Positions 11,591-23,700 of a stretch of DNA of 64,000 bases are shown piece after piece. Each line of letters opens with the position of its first letter. Position 1 is the first letter of the stretch. Made by a program: the position numbers and the translations under genes. The DNA is taken from the NCBI GenBank assembly GCA_964252035.1, contig OZ176213.1; one strand, 5' to 3'. This DNA comes from Podarcis erhardii (taxonomy: Eukaryota). The notes beneath the pieces are model-generated. The model had not been told where the DNA came from. It saw nothing but the letters and a program-made list of their open reading frames with translations, and did no database searches.

Positions 11591-14500
11591 AAGCACCACT
11601 ACTGCTTGTCACCCTTACTGGTGCTCATGGTGCAGCATCCTTTCTGTGATGGCAGCACTCTCACTTCAGAAAAGTCTGTTAAACCAGCTCAGTTTTTTAT
11701 CACCAACTTTGGTGTTAACATGGAAGTGGCCTTTCAAGGAGGATGATCTGATGTTGTGTTTGCTGCTTTGTCTTTCTATTGTTATAGGGTTGTTGTTTAA
11801 GTATTACCATTGCTATATGCAATATAAGATGTCTAGAACAAAAATTTATTTCTACACAAAGAATTAAAGCTTTGTAAGATAACACTAAATACTTCATCAA
11901 ACAAAAATCTATAACAGCATACTCCTGCAAATATTTACTCAAAAGTACCACTGTGTTTGTTAAAGGACTTTCTAATGTTTTTAGAATTGCAGACTAAGTA
12001 TCTTGAAATACCTGTACTTGTTTATTAGCAGAGATGCATGTGTCATTCAGACTTCATTTAAAGTTGGTTTTTTTCTTCCCTCTTATTTTTACAATCCCAG
12101 TTAATTTTGAAAATTACACTATTTTCTGTATTTTATGAAGGCATTCTTTAATAAAAACTGTTATTGAAGAGGATAATTTGAAAGCTGTCATTATTTCAGT
12201 TGTAGTCAAAATATTACACATGAAACTATAGAATTATAGAATTATAAGGATAACCCAAAGGAAATTATGTTTAATATTGTTTGGTGAAATATTTCTATCC
12301 TGTCTCTTAGTTGAAGCCACTGTAAGAGTCTTAACATAATTTTGAAATGATAAAAAACTGAATAAAATCCAAAAGAGACTAGTGTTGTCAGCAACTATAA
12401 GAGAGAGTAAAATGATCAGCTGTATGCAACCTAGAAGCCATGACAGTGGGATAAGGTGAACTGACACCATCCACCTCTATGTTGCCACCCACCATACTGC
12501 ATAAGGTAGAGCGCTCCCACCCTGACCTAAAGATCTTCATATCTTGTGGGAAATGCTGCTTCAAAAAGTAAAAACCAGGACACCCAAAAAGTTGTTGAAC
12601 TTTTTTTTTACATAAACACAAAAAACCCCTTCATTACCTTACCTAAGATCCAGGACAAAGCATGCCCCCCTCTGAAATTCTGGTAATGTATGGGAAAATC
12701 AGGACATAAGGCAGCCCTAGGTTTAACAAGACAAGCTCTTTAACTGTGCCCATAAGCAAAGTGGCAGCTGGTGTAGCTGTTTAAGCACTAGCAGAATATG
12801 CCCTTTAACTTGTACAAGTTAGCCTAGCTGCTGGAATTTGAACCAAATGAAGTTTCCAAACAGCCTTCAAAGGCAGCTCCAGGTAGAAGGCATTGCAGTA
12901 ATCTAAGATGGATGCTATCAGGAGTATGAATAACAAGCTAGGTTTTCTTTCTCCAAGGTGGTTTGCAGCTGTCATTCTAGCTCAAGCTCTTAAAATATTC
13001 TATGAGCTACAGAAGACACCAGGGCATCTGTCAGCAAAGGTGGATTAGCAAGAGCACACCCAGGCTATAAACCTGATGTTTTAAAGCAAGAATCTGTAAT
13101 TTTTCAATTGGGCTGGGGTGTGGGATAGGGTTGGGCAGGCCTGGAGGCAAGTGTAGATGGAGCAATGTTAACTTTGCACAGTATGCGATATTCCTGCCAC
13201 GTCAGGTTTGTAGACCCACAGACCACTCCATCAAGACAAGAAGTTGTTATAACAATTCAAGGAAATTCCAGCAAGACAAAGGCATTCAGAACCATGCAAG
13301 GCCAGGAAGGGGCAGATTGCAAAACAACAATGTTCTTTTCAAAGTCAAAAGCAGCATCAAAACAAAGTCACTGAAACCATAGACAATATAAGTTAGAGGG
13401 CTGCATTCAGCTCCATAGGCTTGAGGTTACCCATCTCTACTTCAGGAAATACAGCCTCATCCGTAACATGTCAAATTCCTATATCTATAGTTGTCTGGCC
13501 TGGGAGCTTCTTACCTGGCTTGAACTCAGTGTATTGGCCTTCATCCAGCCCATTATTGATTCAAGGACCTGTTGAGGGCATCAACCTGAACAGGATGAAA
13601 CAGAATTGCGTGTCACAGGCATGTTGGTGACATTCCAAATCTTAGCACTTTAGTGTAGATGTCAGAACAGTGTAGAGGACAAGATAGAGCCCCACTTTAC
13701 AGGTGCTATAGATCAGAGCAGCAGACCTCCAACCATCGCCTAAAACCAATCTGAACAGCCGTAAATGGTACTAGCCAACTAGTTCACAAGGCTACTGGTT
13801 GATGGTACTGAAAATCACCTAGAAGTCTGATAAACTACTACCTTACTCAAAATAGATGACTCTGCCCTGAAACAATGTGAGGCTGTGCAATAAACTTCAC
13901 CTACCTTGAAAGCAACGTCCTAGACTTCTAGCGACCACTTCAGCCAGGCCAGTTGCGCAAATGATGCTGCAATGGATAGGAATGATTTAGGAGGTCAAAT
14001 ATGGCTAATCCTTCTGAATGTGAGGAAGGGGGCTCTGGGGAACAAGGGAGGACATAAGAGGAGGGAAATGGGAAGGGGGTGGGCAGTGTGCTGAAGGGGG
14101 TAGCTTTGGAAGGGAGATCTTGGATGAAGGGATGGGTGAGATGGGTTGGTGGTATGAGATGAAAGAAAGGGGGTTTGGGCAACCACTGCTTGTGTTTGGG
14201 GAGACAGGAATAGAGGTGAAATAAAGGATGGCAGTCAGTGAGAGGCTGGGGGTATAATGCCCTCCTGCACAGCCTTCCCCAGCATGATGCCCTCCACATG
14301 TTTCTGTACTTCCAATTCCCATTAGCCTCGGCAAGTATGGCCAAGAGTCAGGGATGATGGACGTTCCAGTCCAAAACATCTGGAGAGCACCAGCTTAGTG
14401 GAAGCATGGTAAGACAGTGTTGTGCATGAGGAAATATGTACCAGGGCGGGTGGCGTAAAGAGTGAAGATTAGCCAACCCATGGCATCTTCCAGGTGATGG

Positions 14501-14759
14501 AACTCCCAACTGCTCCGAGTCCCTGCCAGCAGGGCCAATGTTGGTCAGGTGGGAGTGAGAATCCAACAACATCTGAAGGGTACCAGGTTGGGGAGGAATA
14601 ATTATAGAGAGGGCACAACGGGGCAGTGTTTTGTACGTGTGTGGCGAATTAAGTCAACTGGAGGGAGGGCGAAATTCCCTCCCCTCCGCCTTATCAGGGA
14701 CGGGGGGGGGGGGGAACATGCGAGGCCTTCCAGGTGTTCGGACTCCCACCAGCAAACAT

Positions 14760-15420
14760 CTGGGGAGCCGCCCTCCTCCTGCGGTATAAAAAAGGCCCTT
14801 TTAAAAGGGCGGGCGACGGTGGTGGGGTGTCCGTGAGGAGGAGGTGTCCGTAGGGGAGCGCACAGGAGCCCCGCTCCTTCTCAGCCTGTTGGGAGCCGAG
14901 ATATTTGGGTTCTCTGAGGGGAAGGAAGGCGGCTGAGGGGGAAACGAAGAAGAGCCCGCGCCGCCGGGTTCCTTCCCTTCGCTCGAGGAGGAGGGGGGAG
15001 GGGCGGGCGAACGGGCGACGGTTGCTCTGGGGTTCCCGCTGCCGCCGCCGCCGTCTCCCGCCATGAGGAGCGCACGCCCGGAGGCCTAGTAGCCGCGCGC
15101 CTGTTGCGAGAATGGTGGGGCGGCGGCGGCGGCCCTGGCTCCTCCTCCCGCCGCCGCTTCTGCTGCGGGCCCTCCTCCTCCTCCTCCTCCTCGGCTTCCT
15201 GCTGCCGGGAGCACCGGCCCAGCGTGAGTGAGTTGAGGCAATGGCGAGCGCCGCCTTCGCTCGCTGCTTCTCTGGCCAAGCATGGAGGGGACTCCCCCCC
15301 CCCGCACCCTGAAGAGGGAAGGGGCGCCCCCCAAATCGGCCCCCTCACCAGCTCCTGGCGCCCCTGAGTATGGCCTGCTCCTGCTGACTCGAGGGGCTGC
15401 CTGGATGGGGTTAATAGCCA
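14760..15420 (+). promoter_or_regulatory. CpG-island promoter of the SPESP1-like gene, with TATA box
   Basis: CpG-rich island containing TATAAAAA at 14785-14792, a 16-bp palindrome at 14795-14810 and the signal-peptide exon at 15112-15223. Confidence 0.7.
15112..15223 (+). CDS. SPESP1: SPESP1 exon 1 (signal peptide MVGRRRRPWLLLPPPLLLRALLLLLLLGFLLPGAPAQ)
   Basis: Basic n-region, long hydrophobic h-region and APA cleavage-like motif. Followed by C|GTGAGT (phase 1). Not present in the supplied ORF track. Confidence 0.72.
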
Positions 15421-17689
15421 CAACGAGGACTTTGGCACCTTAAAGTCTGATAGTTGTTATTATATCCGATTCTAGTCCTCCGCAGAGGGCACCTATCATT
15501 AGCTTCAGTGGGTCTGCTCTGAGACGGGCTAGCCTTGGCTATTACAACCCTTTATTATTAACAATCACGAGGTATTAGTTTTTAAGATGCTACAGGACTT
15601 GCTGCTCTATTTTTATTCCCCCGGGAAAGATGAGTAGGGTTACTCCTCTGGAAATGATTTCACTTTCTGATGTGCTTCTCACTCGGTGTAGGGTATGTGT
15701 GTATATATTGTCGGCATCCATCAGTCTCGAGATAAAATGGAGTGCACCTCCAGAGGTGAAGTCAAACCACTGTGATAGTAGCACTGAAGTGATATCCTCG
15801 AGGCACAAGCATGGGCGGTGTGTGTGGAGGTCCTGGGCTGTCCAAACAACAAGATCCCTCTCTGCCTCACTTAAGTGTTCCAAAGGAAAGCAGAGCAATA
15901 CCTTTGGCATCAACTGTGCTGTACCAGTTGCTGGAAGGAAGCGAACAAAACACTATCCAACTGCCCTTGGATCGCCACTCTGGATTTGTGAAGGGTTTAC
16001 TCCTTCAGCCTTTTCATGTCCCAAAGATGTCCCCAAAAGCAGCAGAGGTTTAGGATTCCTTCTGCTAGATAAGCTACCTTCCCAGGCTCATGAGCCTTGT
16101 ATGCCTCCTTCCAGCAACTCCTGTAGCCAAGCTGGTGCCAAATGCATTGCTTTCCTTTGGACCACATCAGCGAGGCTGAGAGCGGGGTCTTGTTGTCTGG
16201 GCAGCCAGCTCAGGACCTCCATACACACTGCTTAGGCTTGCGCCCTGAGGAGGTCACTTCAGTGCGCCCAACACAGTGGTTTGACTTCACCTCTGGAGGC
16301 ACACTCCATTGTGTCTGAAGACAGACGGATTCCAGCAATATCCATAATTCTCCTGAATAATCTTGACCACCTTACAAGGCCTAGAAAAGGGCAGGAATGA
16401 TAGTTAGCATTTATATAAGTGGGAACCCAATGCCCAATTAATGTGAGTGTGCAGTTCTCTCTCTCTCGAGAGTGTTGGGCATTGGATTTCCACTTATATA
16501 AATGCTAGCTATCATTCCTGCGCTGGAATTATTTTACATTTTTAAATGTATGTTGTCAATCAGTATTATGTATGCAGGCTTCCTCTAAAGAAGTAAGCCT
16601 CTTTCTGTGGTCCCTATATCAGAGATAACTAGCCTGGCTTTGATTTCCACCCAGGTATTGCAGAGGATTTTTTTTGTGTGTGTGTGTGTGTTATTAACAC
16701 CATGTAGTATCATTGCCACCTCCTAGAATTTATGGACTACTAGTTACTTGCTTCAGCAGTGCTGCAAAAAAGTTTAACAGAAGGAGCCACATCAATAGGG
16801 TGACTGTGATCAAGTATAGTCATTGGTACCAATTACTCTTAAGAGCATATATACCTTTGCCTTCCTGTTGTTATTTAAATGAAAGACTTTTTGTGTTGCA
16901 AACCACCTTACCAGTCAGCAAAAGGCAAGTGATTAAGAGAGACAGGGACAGAATATAAACATTTTCAAAAATTTCAGGGAGCATAAGCAGTCATCCATTT
17001 GGCAATCCAAATTCATCTTGAAAGAAAGTAGGTTTTCACAATACTTTAGCAGAGAAGTCCTTCCCCCTGTGTGGTGTTGTTGCTTAGTCGTTTAGTCGTG
17101 TCGGACTCTTCATGACCCCATGGACCAGAGCACGCCAGGCACTCCTGTCGTGTGTTAGTAAAACACAATTCAGATGTTCAAGGGGTGAGAAGAGCCTCTC
17201 CTTCAGATATTCAAGAGCAAGCAGGCTTATAGTAGAGGAGATGGTTCACATCATTTAATTAATGGAAAACAGATAACTAATTTCTCTAAAGAATCCTGGG
17301 AACCATAGTTTGCTAAGGATGCTGGGAATTTTAGCTTTGTGATGGGTAAACTACAGCTCCCAGGATTCTTTGGGGGAAGTCATGTGCTATAAATATATGG
17401 CGTGTATGAAGTCACAGTCCAGTTCTGTGCTTAAGTTTTCTTTTAAGTATTTTTCAGCTCTTCACCTTTATGAATTGTAGCTAATAAGCTTTACACCAGG
17501 TGCCAAATATGTCTGCTTCCATAGCAGCTCTAAAGTTTTCCTACTATTGAAAGATGCTTGGCCAGAATAGATACAAGAGTCTCCAAAGAAGTACCATAAC
17601 TGGACCTACAGTAGGAAAAAGCCTCTCTATATTCCCTAGTGTTTGAAATTGGTTGGTTTGACTATTATTACATAGTGGTCAAGAGCCTT

Positions 17690-17749
<60 letters not shown>

Positions 17750-20700
17750 AATGTTATTATTTGTACCCTGTCCATCTGACTGGGTTGCCCCAGCCACTCT
17801 GGGCAGCTTCCAGCATATAAGATGGAAAGTGAAGTACAGTAAAGGGAAAGGGGGAAATACAAAAAACCGAGGAATCTCTTTCTTCAAACTTTTTTTTTAA
17901 AGGGGGATACTCCCTCTGTCTTCCTATTGTAGTACATACTCAAACTTGGTGACATTGATTGGTTATACCATACATTCAGTTCTGCATATAGATAAATAGA
18001 TACTGCCTATATATTTTTTTACTTTTTTGACATTTGTTAATTTAAGACTTTTTAAAAAAGAATTTGCCTCCCCTTTCAGCATATAAAATGACTTTCTAGA
18101 CTAGAAAGATGGACAGGAAGGTTGAATGTCAAGTTGCAGCCGATCAGGCTGTTCATCCAACATTATTCATAGCAGTTTGTGAGAAATTTTCAAAGATGAC
18201 AGCTAAGTACCAGTCAATTTTCTTGACAACCCAGGTCATCTTCGCTTTCTTCCATTTGCATTTGTCCCCCAGAGGCAGCAAAATATAAGGCAGCCACCAG
18301 AGACTTCCTGTTTTCTAAATTTGTGTGTGTGTGTGTGTGTGTGTGTGTAAGTTGACCTGGTTCCAGCATTACTAATCAGCTAACTCTTTTAATGATACCT
18401 TTTAAAGATACAAATGCTCTGCTTGAACTTTCTTTTTATCCATTTGGGCTTTCTATTTATTCTTACGGTGTTATGTCAGAGATGCTAAGCAGTCTGTCTG
18501 TTTTCCATTCACTGAGAAATTTAGAGCATTGTCTAGACAAGGGTAGTGTCAGATTTCTTTTGAAAAATTAGTTTTATGTTTTATTTATTGCATTTTAATA
18601 ATTGTACACTGCTATAAATCCCCCCCAAAAAGGTAAATCAATTGCACATACACTTAAAATCAAGAGCATAATTTTCTTCCTTGGGGAAGATTAGAATTTT
18701 CTACTTTTGAGAATCTGTTCCTAAAATTCTCATGCATATTGCAATCCAGATATTTTCCTCCCAGAACAGAATAAATAGGAACCTGCTAACTTACTGTTCA
18801 CATTAGAGAAGGAAACAGGAACACTTGCATCAATAAACACTCCATTCAGAGGCTCAATGTTTCTGCTATCTGTGATGGAAACTGGGCCTTAGCCTACCAA
18901 AGTATACTCAGAGTAGACCTACTCAAGAGTATGATTTGGTTGGATATACGTAATTCTCCCCTTCCCCCATCTTTTCCCTTCTTCATTGATGTGCACATGT
19001 GTGTGAGAGAGATGGAGGCAAGAAGAAGTTTTCTTTTTCTTCACTGAGAGTATTTTATGAACTTCACAGACAAAATAATCTAGATTTGATACCTATTTTG
19101 CTTTCATTGGCCTAAAACTTTTGAGCATATTTCATTACCTTTCAAAGTTCTAAATACCCTTTTATAATTTCGTGCATGCTGAATATGTTCACCATGTTTG
19201 TATGTGTCACCATGATGCGTATGTGTGAGTGTTTAGAGCCTGTTGCAGGATGGATGGTGGTTAACAGATTGAGGATGAATCCCGACAAGACAGAAGTACT
19301 GTTTTAGGGCGGACAGCGGGTGGGTGGGGGTGAGGGAATCCCTGGCCCTGAATGGGGTAACTGTGCCCCTGAAGGACCAGGTGCACAGCCTGGGACTCAT
19401 AGCTGTCCATGGAGGCACAGGTCAATTCTTTGTCCAGGGCAGCTTTCTACCAGTTCCATCTGATATGCCAGCTGAGACCCTACCTGCCTGTGCACTGTCT
19501 TGCCAGAGTGGTACATGCTCTGGTTATCTGACTACTGCAATGCGCTGTATGTGAGGCTACCTTTGAAGGTGACTCGGAAACTACAACTAATCCAGAATGC
19601 AGCAGCTAAACTGGTGACTGGGAGTGGCCACTGGGACCATATAACACTGGTAAGAAATGATGTACACTGACTCCCAGTACATTTCTGAGCACAATTCAAA
19701 GTGTTTAAAGCCTTGTATACTTGAAGGAGCATCTGCATCCCCATCGTTCAGCCTGGACACTGAAGTCTACCTATGAGAGCCTTCTGACAGTTCCCTCACT
19801 ACAAGAAGTGAAGTTACAGGGAACCAGGCAGAGGGCCTTCTCAGTAGTGACACCCTCCCTGTGGAGGGAGATAAAGAACTACACAACTTTTAGAAGACAT
19901 CAGAAGGCAGCCCTGTATCAGGAAGTTTTTAATGTTTGGTGTTATATTATGTTTTTATATGAGTTGGAAGCCATCCAGAGTGGCTGGGGCAGCCCAGCCT
20001 AATGGGGTGGGGTAATTAATAATAATAAAGAAAAATTCAAAACGTAGCTGGGCATCAAACCACAATATCTGTGTAATCAATTCATATATTAAAATTATTT
20101 TCTAAAGTTTCTTTTGACAATATTGTTTCAAAATGTTGAATAAAATTCTAGTCCATCTCCTTGATTCTCTCTTGGTATCCCTCCATTTGAAAAATGTCAC
20201 TTCCAGGTCATTTGAAAAAGGTCACTTCCAGTCTGCCTTTCTATTGTTTTTTTTTAAATAATAATAATAATCATTTGTGTTTGCTACCCTGGCTCCTTTG
20301 AGTGGGGGAGGGGGATATAAACAACAACATCCCAAAGACTTTGGACCACATATTAAAAATGATGTGTTTGGCCTCTTTGAGAGTACCAGCATTGTAAAAT
20401 TAATCAAAATGTGGTGAAAACCATGGTGTTTAATTTTCTTTTCTTTTCTTTTCTTTTTAGGTGTGCATCATACTTTTGACAATATTAAAGAAATGCAGGT
20501 AACATTAATTTTAGTATTTGGGGAAATGTCTTTGGTCTGTCCATGAAGACTTTCTGGAAACTTCAAGTTATCTCAGGGTTTTGTCTGGGACCAGCTGATG
20601 GGTTGACATTACACTGTCAGCTTCACTTTGTCCTTTTTTTCTGGGCTCAATGCAAAACTCTGGCTTTGTCCTTTACAGCAAGAAAAAGCTGGTGGGGTCG

Positions 20701-23700
20701 GGGGAAGCACCTAAAGTGAACAAAAAAAAGGAGAACAGGTCCTGGTGCTCACTAGTACAAAACTTTATTTTATCTCAGTGCATTTCAGAGTGAAACACTC
20801 CTTCGGGAGATTTAAAAGCTTGCAAGGTCCTAAAATTCAGAAACATCTCACTTCTGGGTTGGCGCCTCCGGCAATGGCGGAGTTCCTCCGATCGGGAGGA
20901 ATTTGCTCCGTGGAAATCAGGGTCTGACCGCCACGGCGAAGGCGGAGACCCACTAAAATCACAGGCGGGAGAAGCTTGTGAACGTGGGATTCGGCTGGCA
21001 CCCTTTGCATCTCCCCTCCTCGCAGGGAAACCCAGTTTTGGGGATCCGGAGCGACGTGGGGTAAGTGACGCGGTGCTTCAAATTGACTGCTTTTTTCATG
21101 GCTGTTGCTGGAGAGCGCTGACTTTTTCCTGTGGACAATTTGACTCTAAACAACTACCCGTGAGTAGAACGGAAAATTGGATTTACAAACGTCTTAATTT
21201 GGTACCGAAACAGGAAGGTTTCAAACAGGAAGTCCGCCTTCCCCTTTTGTAAATAGATTGAAGCAAAGAAGCTGCAAGCTAAGGTCTTGGAAAGCCTTAT
21301 GTAAAGGATTAAACTTCCATCGATTAAAATCATTAAACCCCCTTGGAAGCAGGAGAAGAGGGGGGAAATTTTGGATCGTATAAGCCTGCAGGAGAGAGCG
21401 ATAAAAATTAAATTACCACTGCTCTGAACCTGGAAATGGGCTGCCAGTAGATTGACGTTTTGGGAGAGTTCATTGACTGTGAATAAAACGTATGTTGACA
21501 GTTAGTTAAATAAGAGAAATATATTGTTTCCATTGCCCTCTTCTGCATTTAAAAAGGAGGAAAAGTAACTTAAAATTGAAAGTAACTTTACTTTTGGAAC
21601 TGTGCTTGAAAGGATTGATACAAGTGGAGACTGTTTTCCCTCTAGAGGAAGCTTTTGAAACTGTTACAAGAGTGGAGCTGGGGAATCTCCAGCTGCAGGA
21701 TAAGAACTGTGAGAATCAGGGATTGACCTTGGACTATTTAAGAATGTCGACAGGAGAAGCCTTAGTGATTGCATTATGTAAGATAAAGCTATTCGTTGGA
21801 ACAGCTTCACAAGAAGACGGATGTTATGACTACCAAAATTGATAACTTGGGATAAAAAGTGATTAATTTGGGACAAAAAGTGAGCACCAATACAGAAATT
21901 ATTCAGGATTTGCTACAGGAATCTACTATAGCAGAACAAAATGTGGAGAAGGAGAAGGAGAAAGTTGTTGTTGTCAAACCTAAAGTAATACAAGTGGGAG
22001 CCTCAGCTTTACAGAAGCAAATTGAGGACTATAAGTTGAGGCCTTTTATGATTGAATCTAGAAAAAGTCAGATTTTGAGGATCGGAGCCTGGCCTGGACT
22101 GGAGAAGGAAAGCTGGAAATATCCCTCCATGCAGGGATTAACTGACTTTTAGGACATGGGCTTGGGTCAGGAGGAGACTGGAGTTCGGGGGGGGGGGGGC
22201 TTTGGATTTGGAGGAATCTTGAAACATGTCCTGAAATACTTTATGGATTTTAGCTGTAACTATGGAAATTTGGCTGACCTGTCGCGAAGGAATAAAAGTA
22301 TTGTTAGGTCATAGTTTCCTTGAGATCTGCTCTATAGCATCAAAGAATATAAAGAAGATCTGCAGAAGGGACTTGGAAAAGAGTTAAGAGCCTCGGATAT
22401 AAGATCTCCAGGTTGATGGCCTGTATGGAGTTGACGGAAGTGACTGGCAGAGTCCGAGACCGGGGAGAGGAGATGGTGGAAGAAGATTGGGAAATTGAAA
22501 GTCTATATATAGAAATATTGTAAAATTAATGAGTGATAGAAAAATGTTGGAATGAAATTTTATGGCCTTAGTAGAAATGTTATAAGGAGTTAAGCTTAAA
22601 TAAGTATATTAGTTTTAACGGAAATAAGATTAAAAATATGTTAAGACATTTATATGATAGAAAATAGAGAAAGATGGAAAGGAATTGCTGAAACAATTAA
22701 TAGAAGTGGAATACAAAAAGGGAGGAGAGAGGAGGTCGATGAAACAAGGGAATGAAAGATAGAGTATGGAAAAGGTATGATGTATGCTTTAAAATTGTTT
22801 TTGTTTTGTTTTGTTTAGCTTATTGTGTTTAGTTTAATGTGTTAAGGTTGTGTTTTGTATTGTTTATATATTGTATTGTATTGTTTTTTCTCTTTTTTGT
22901 TTTCTTTCTCTTGTCTTTTTTCTTTTCTTTCTTTTTTGTAAGCTTTAAAAGTAATAAATATTATTTTTTTAAAAAATAAAATTCAGAAACATCTCATTCT
23001 TAAAATCTGAACATTACAAAAACCAGCTTGATAATGTGGTATCAGAAAAGTGTATTCTATATATACATCTATGTATATACATCTATGTATGAATTACTTT
23101 TCAAGCTTCTAAGGAGAAGTTGGATCATTCTGAAATGCGTTGAACTACAATTCAGAGTTTTGTACCTATGAGCCTCAGAGCTTGTTCTCCCTTATGCTTT
23201 GATCTTTAAAGCCCTGAGCAATCTAGGAACTGAGTATTTTAGGAACCTACTCTTCCTGTACAGATATGCCTGGAAGCTTCCATGTCTGAGACCCTTCTCT
23301 CAATGAAATGTAGGCACAAGGACAATTTTGATGAGGTTGCCCAGATTGACTAACTGATGGGTAATTTGTTGCTCAAGTTGAGGCAAGTTTTTTAAAAAAT
23401 CAAGTCCCCCCCCCCCAGTTCCAATCCTTAGAGGATGTGTTCCTTCTTAATAATTCCTGTTGTTTTGTTGTTGTAATTTATTTTGCCATTTTATGAGCAG
23501 CTGCACCTGCTGTAATTCCCTCTTCTATGCAACTATGAAAAGTGCAGGAGCCCTGACTTCTCTTTTTCCTGGGAACCCTAGTTCACGATGTGGCAGAGAG
23601 GTTGTCTGGGAGTGAAGGAAGGCACGGTGTCTGTGAGGCAAGGTAATTCAGATTGTCTTAGGGCTGTTGACGGCTCTCCCATGCCGTGGTGAGATTTTCC

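Noticed and set aside
11540-11746. Hydrophobic poly-Ile/Leu/Val/Tyr/Asn ORFs (also 17636-17887, 38604-38801, 49399-49752, 56411-56611)
   Set aside because: They are translations of trinucleotide microsatellites at LINE tails.
14801-15438. Minus-strand ORFs including MAGDGGGGSG... and the 185-aa frame with poly-Glu
   Set aside because: They are antisense shadows of the SPESP1 CpG island and its (CTC)n/(CCG)n codons. There is no splice or homology support.
23582-23642. Possible additional SPESP1 exon (CTAG|...CAAG|GTAATT)
   Set aside because: At 61 nt it breaks the phase between exons 2 and 3, and the acceptor is mediocre.
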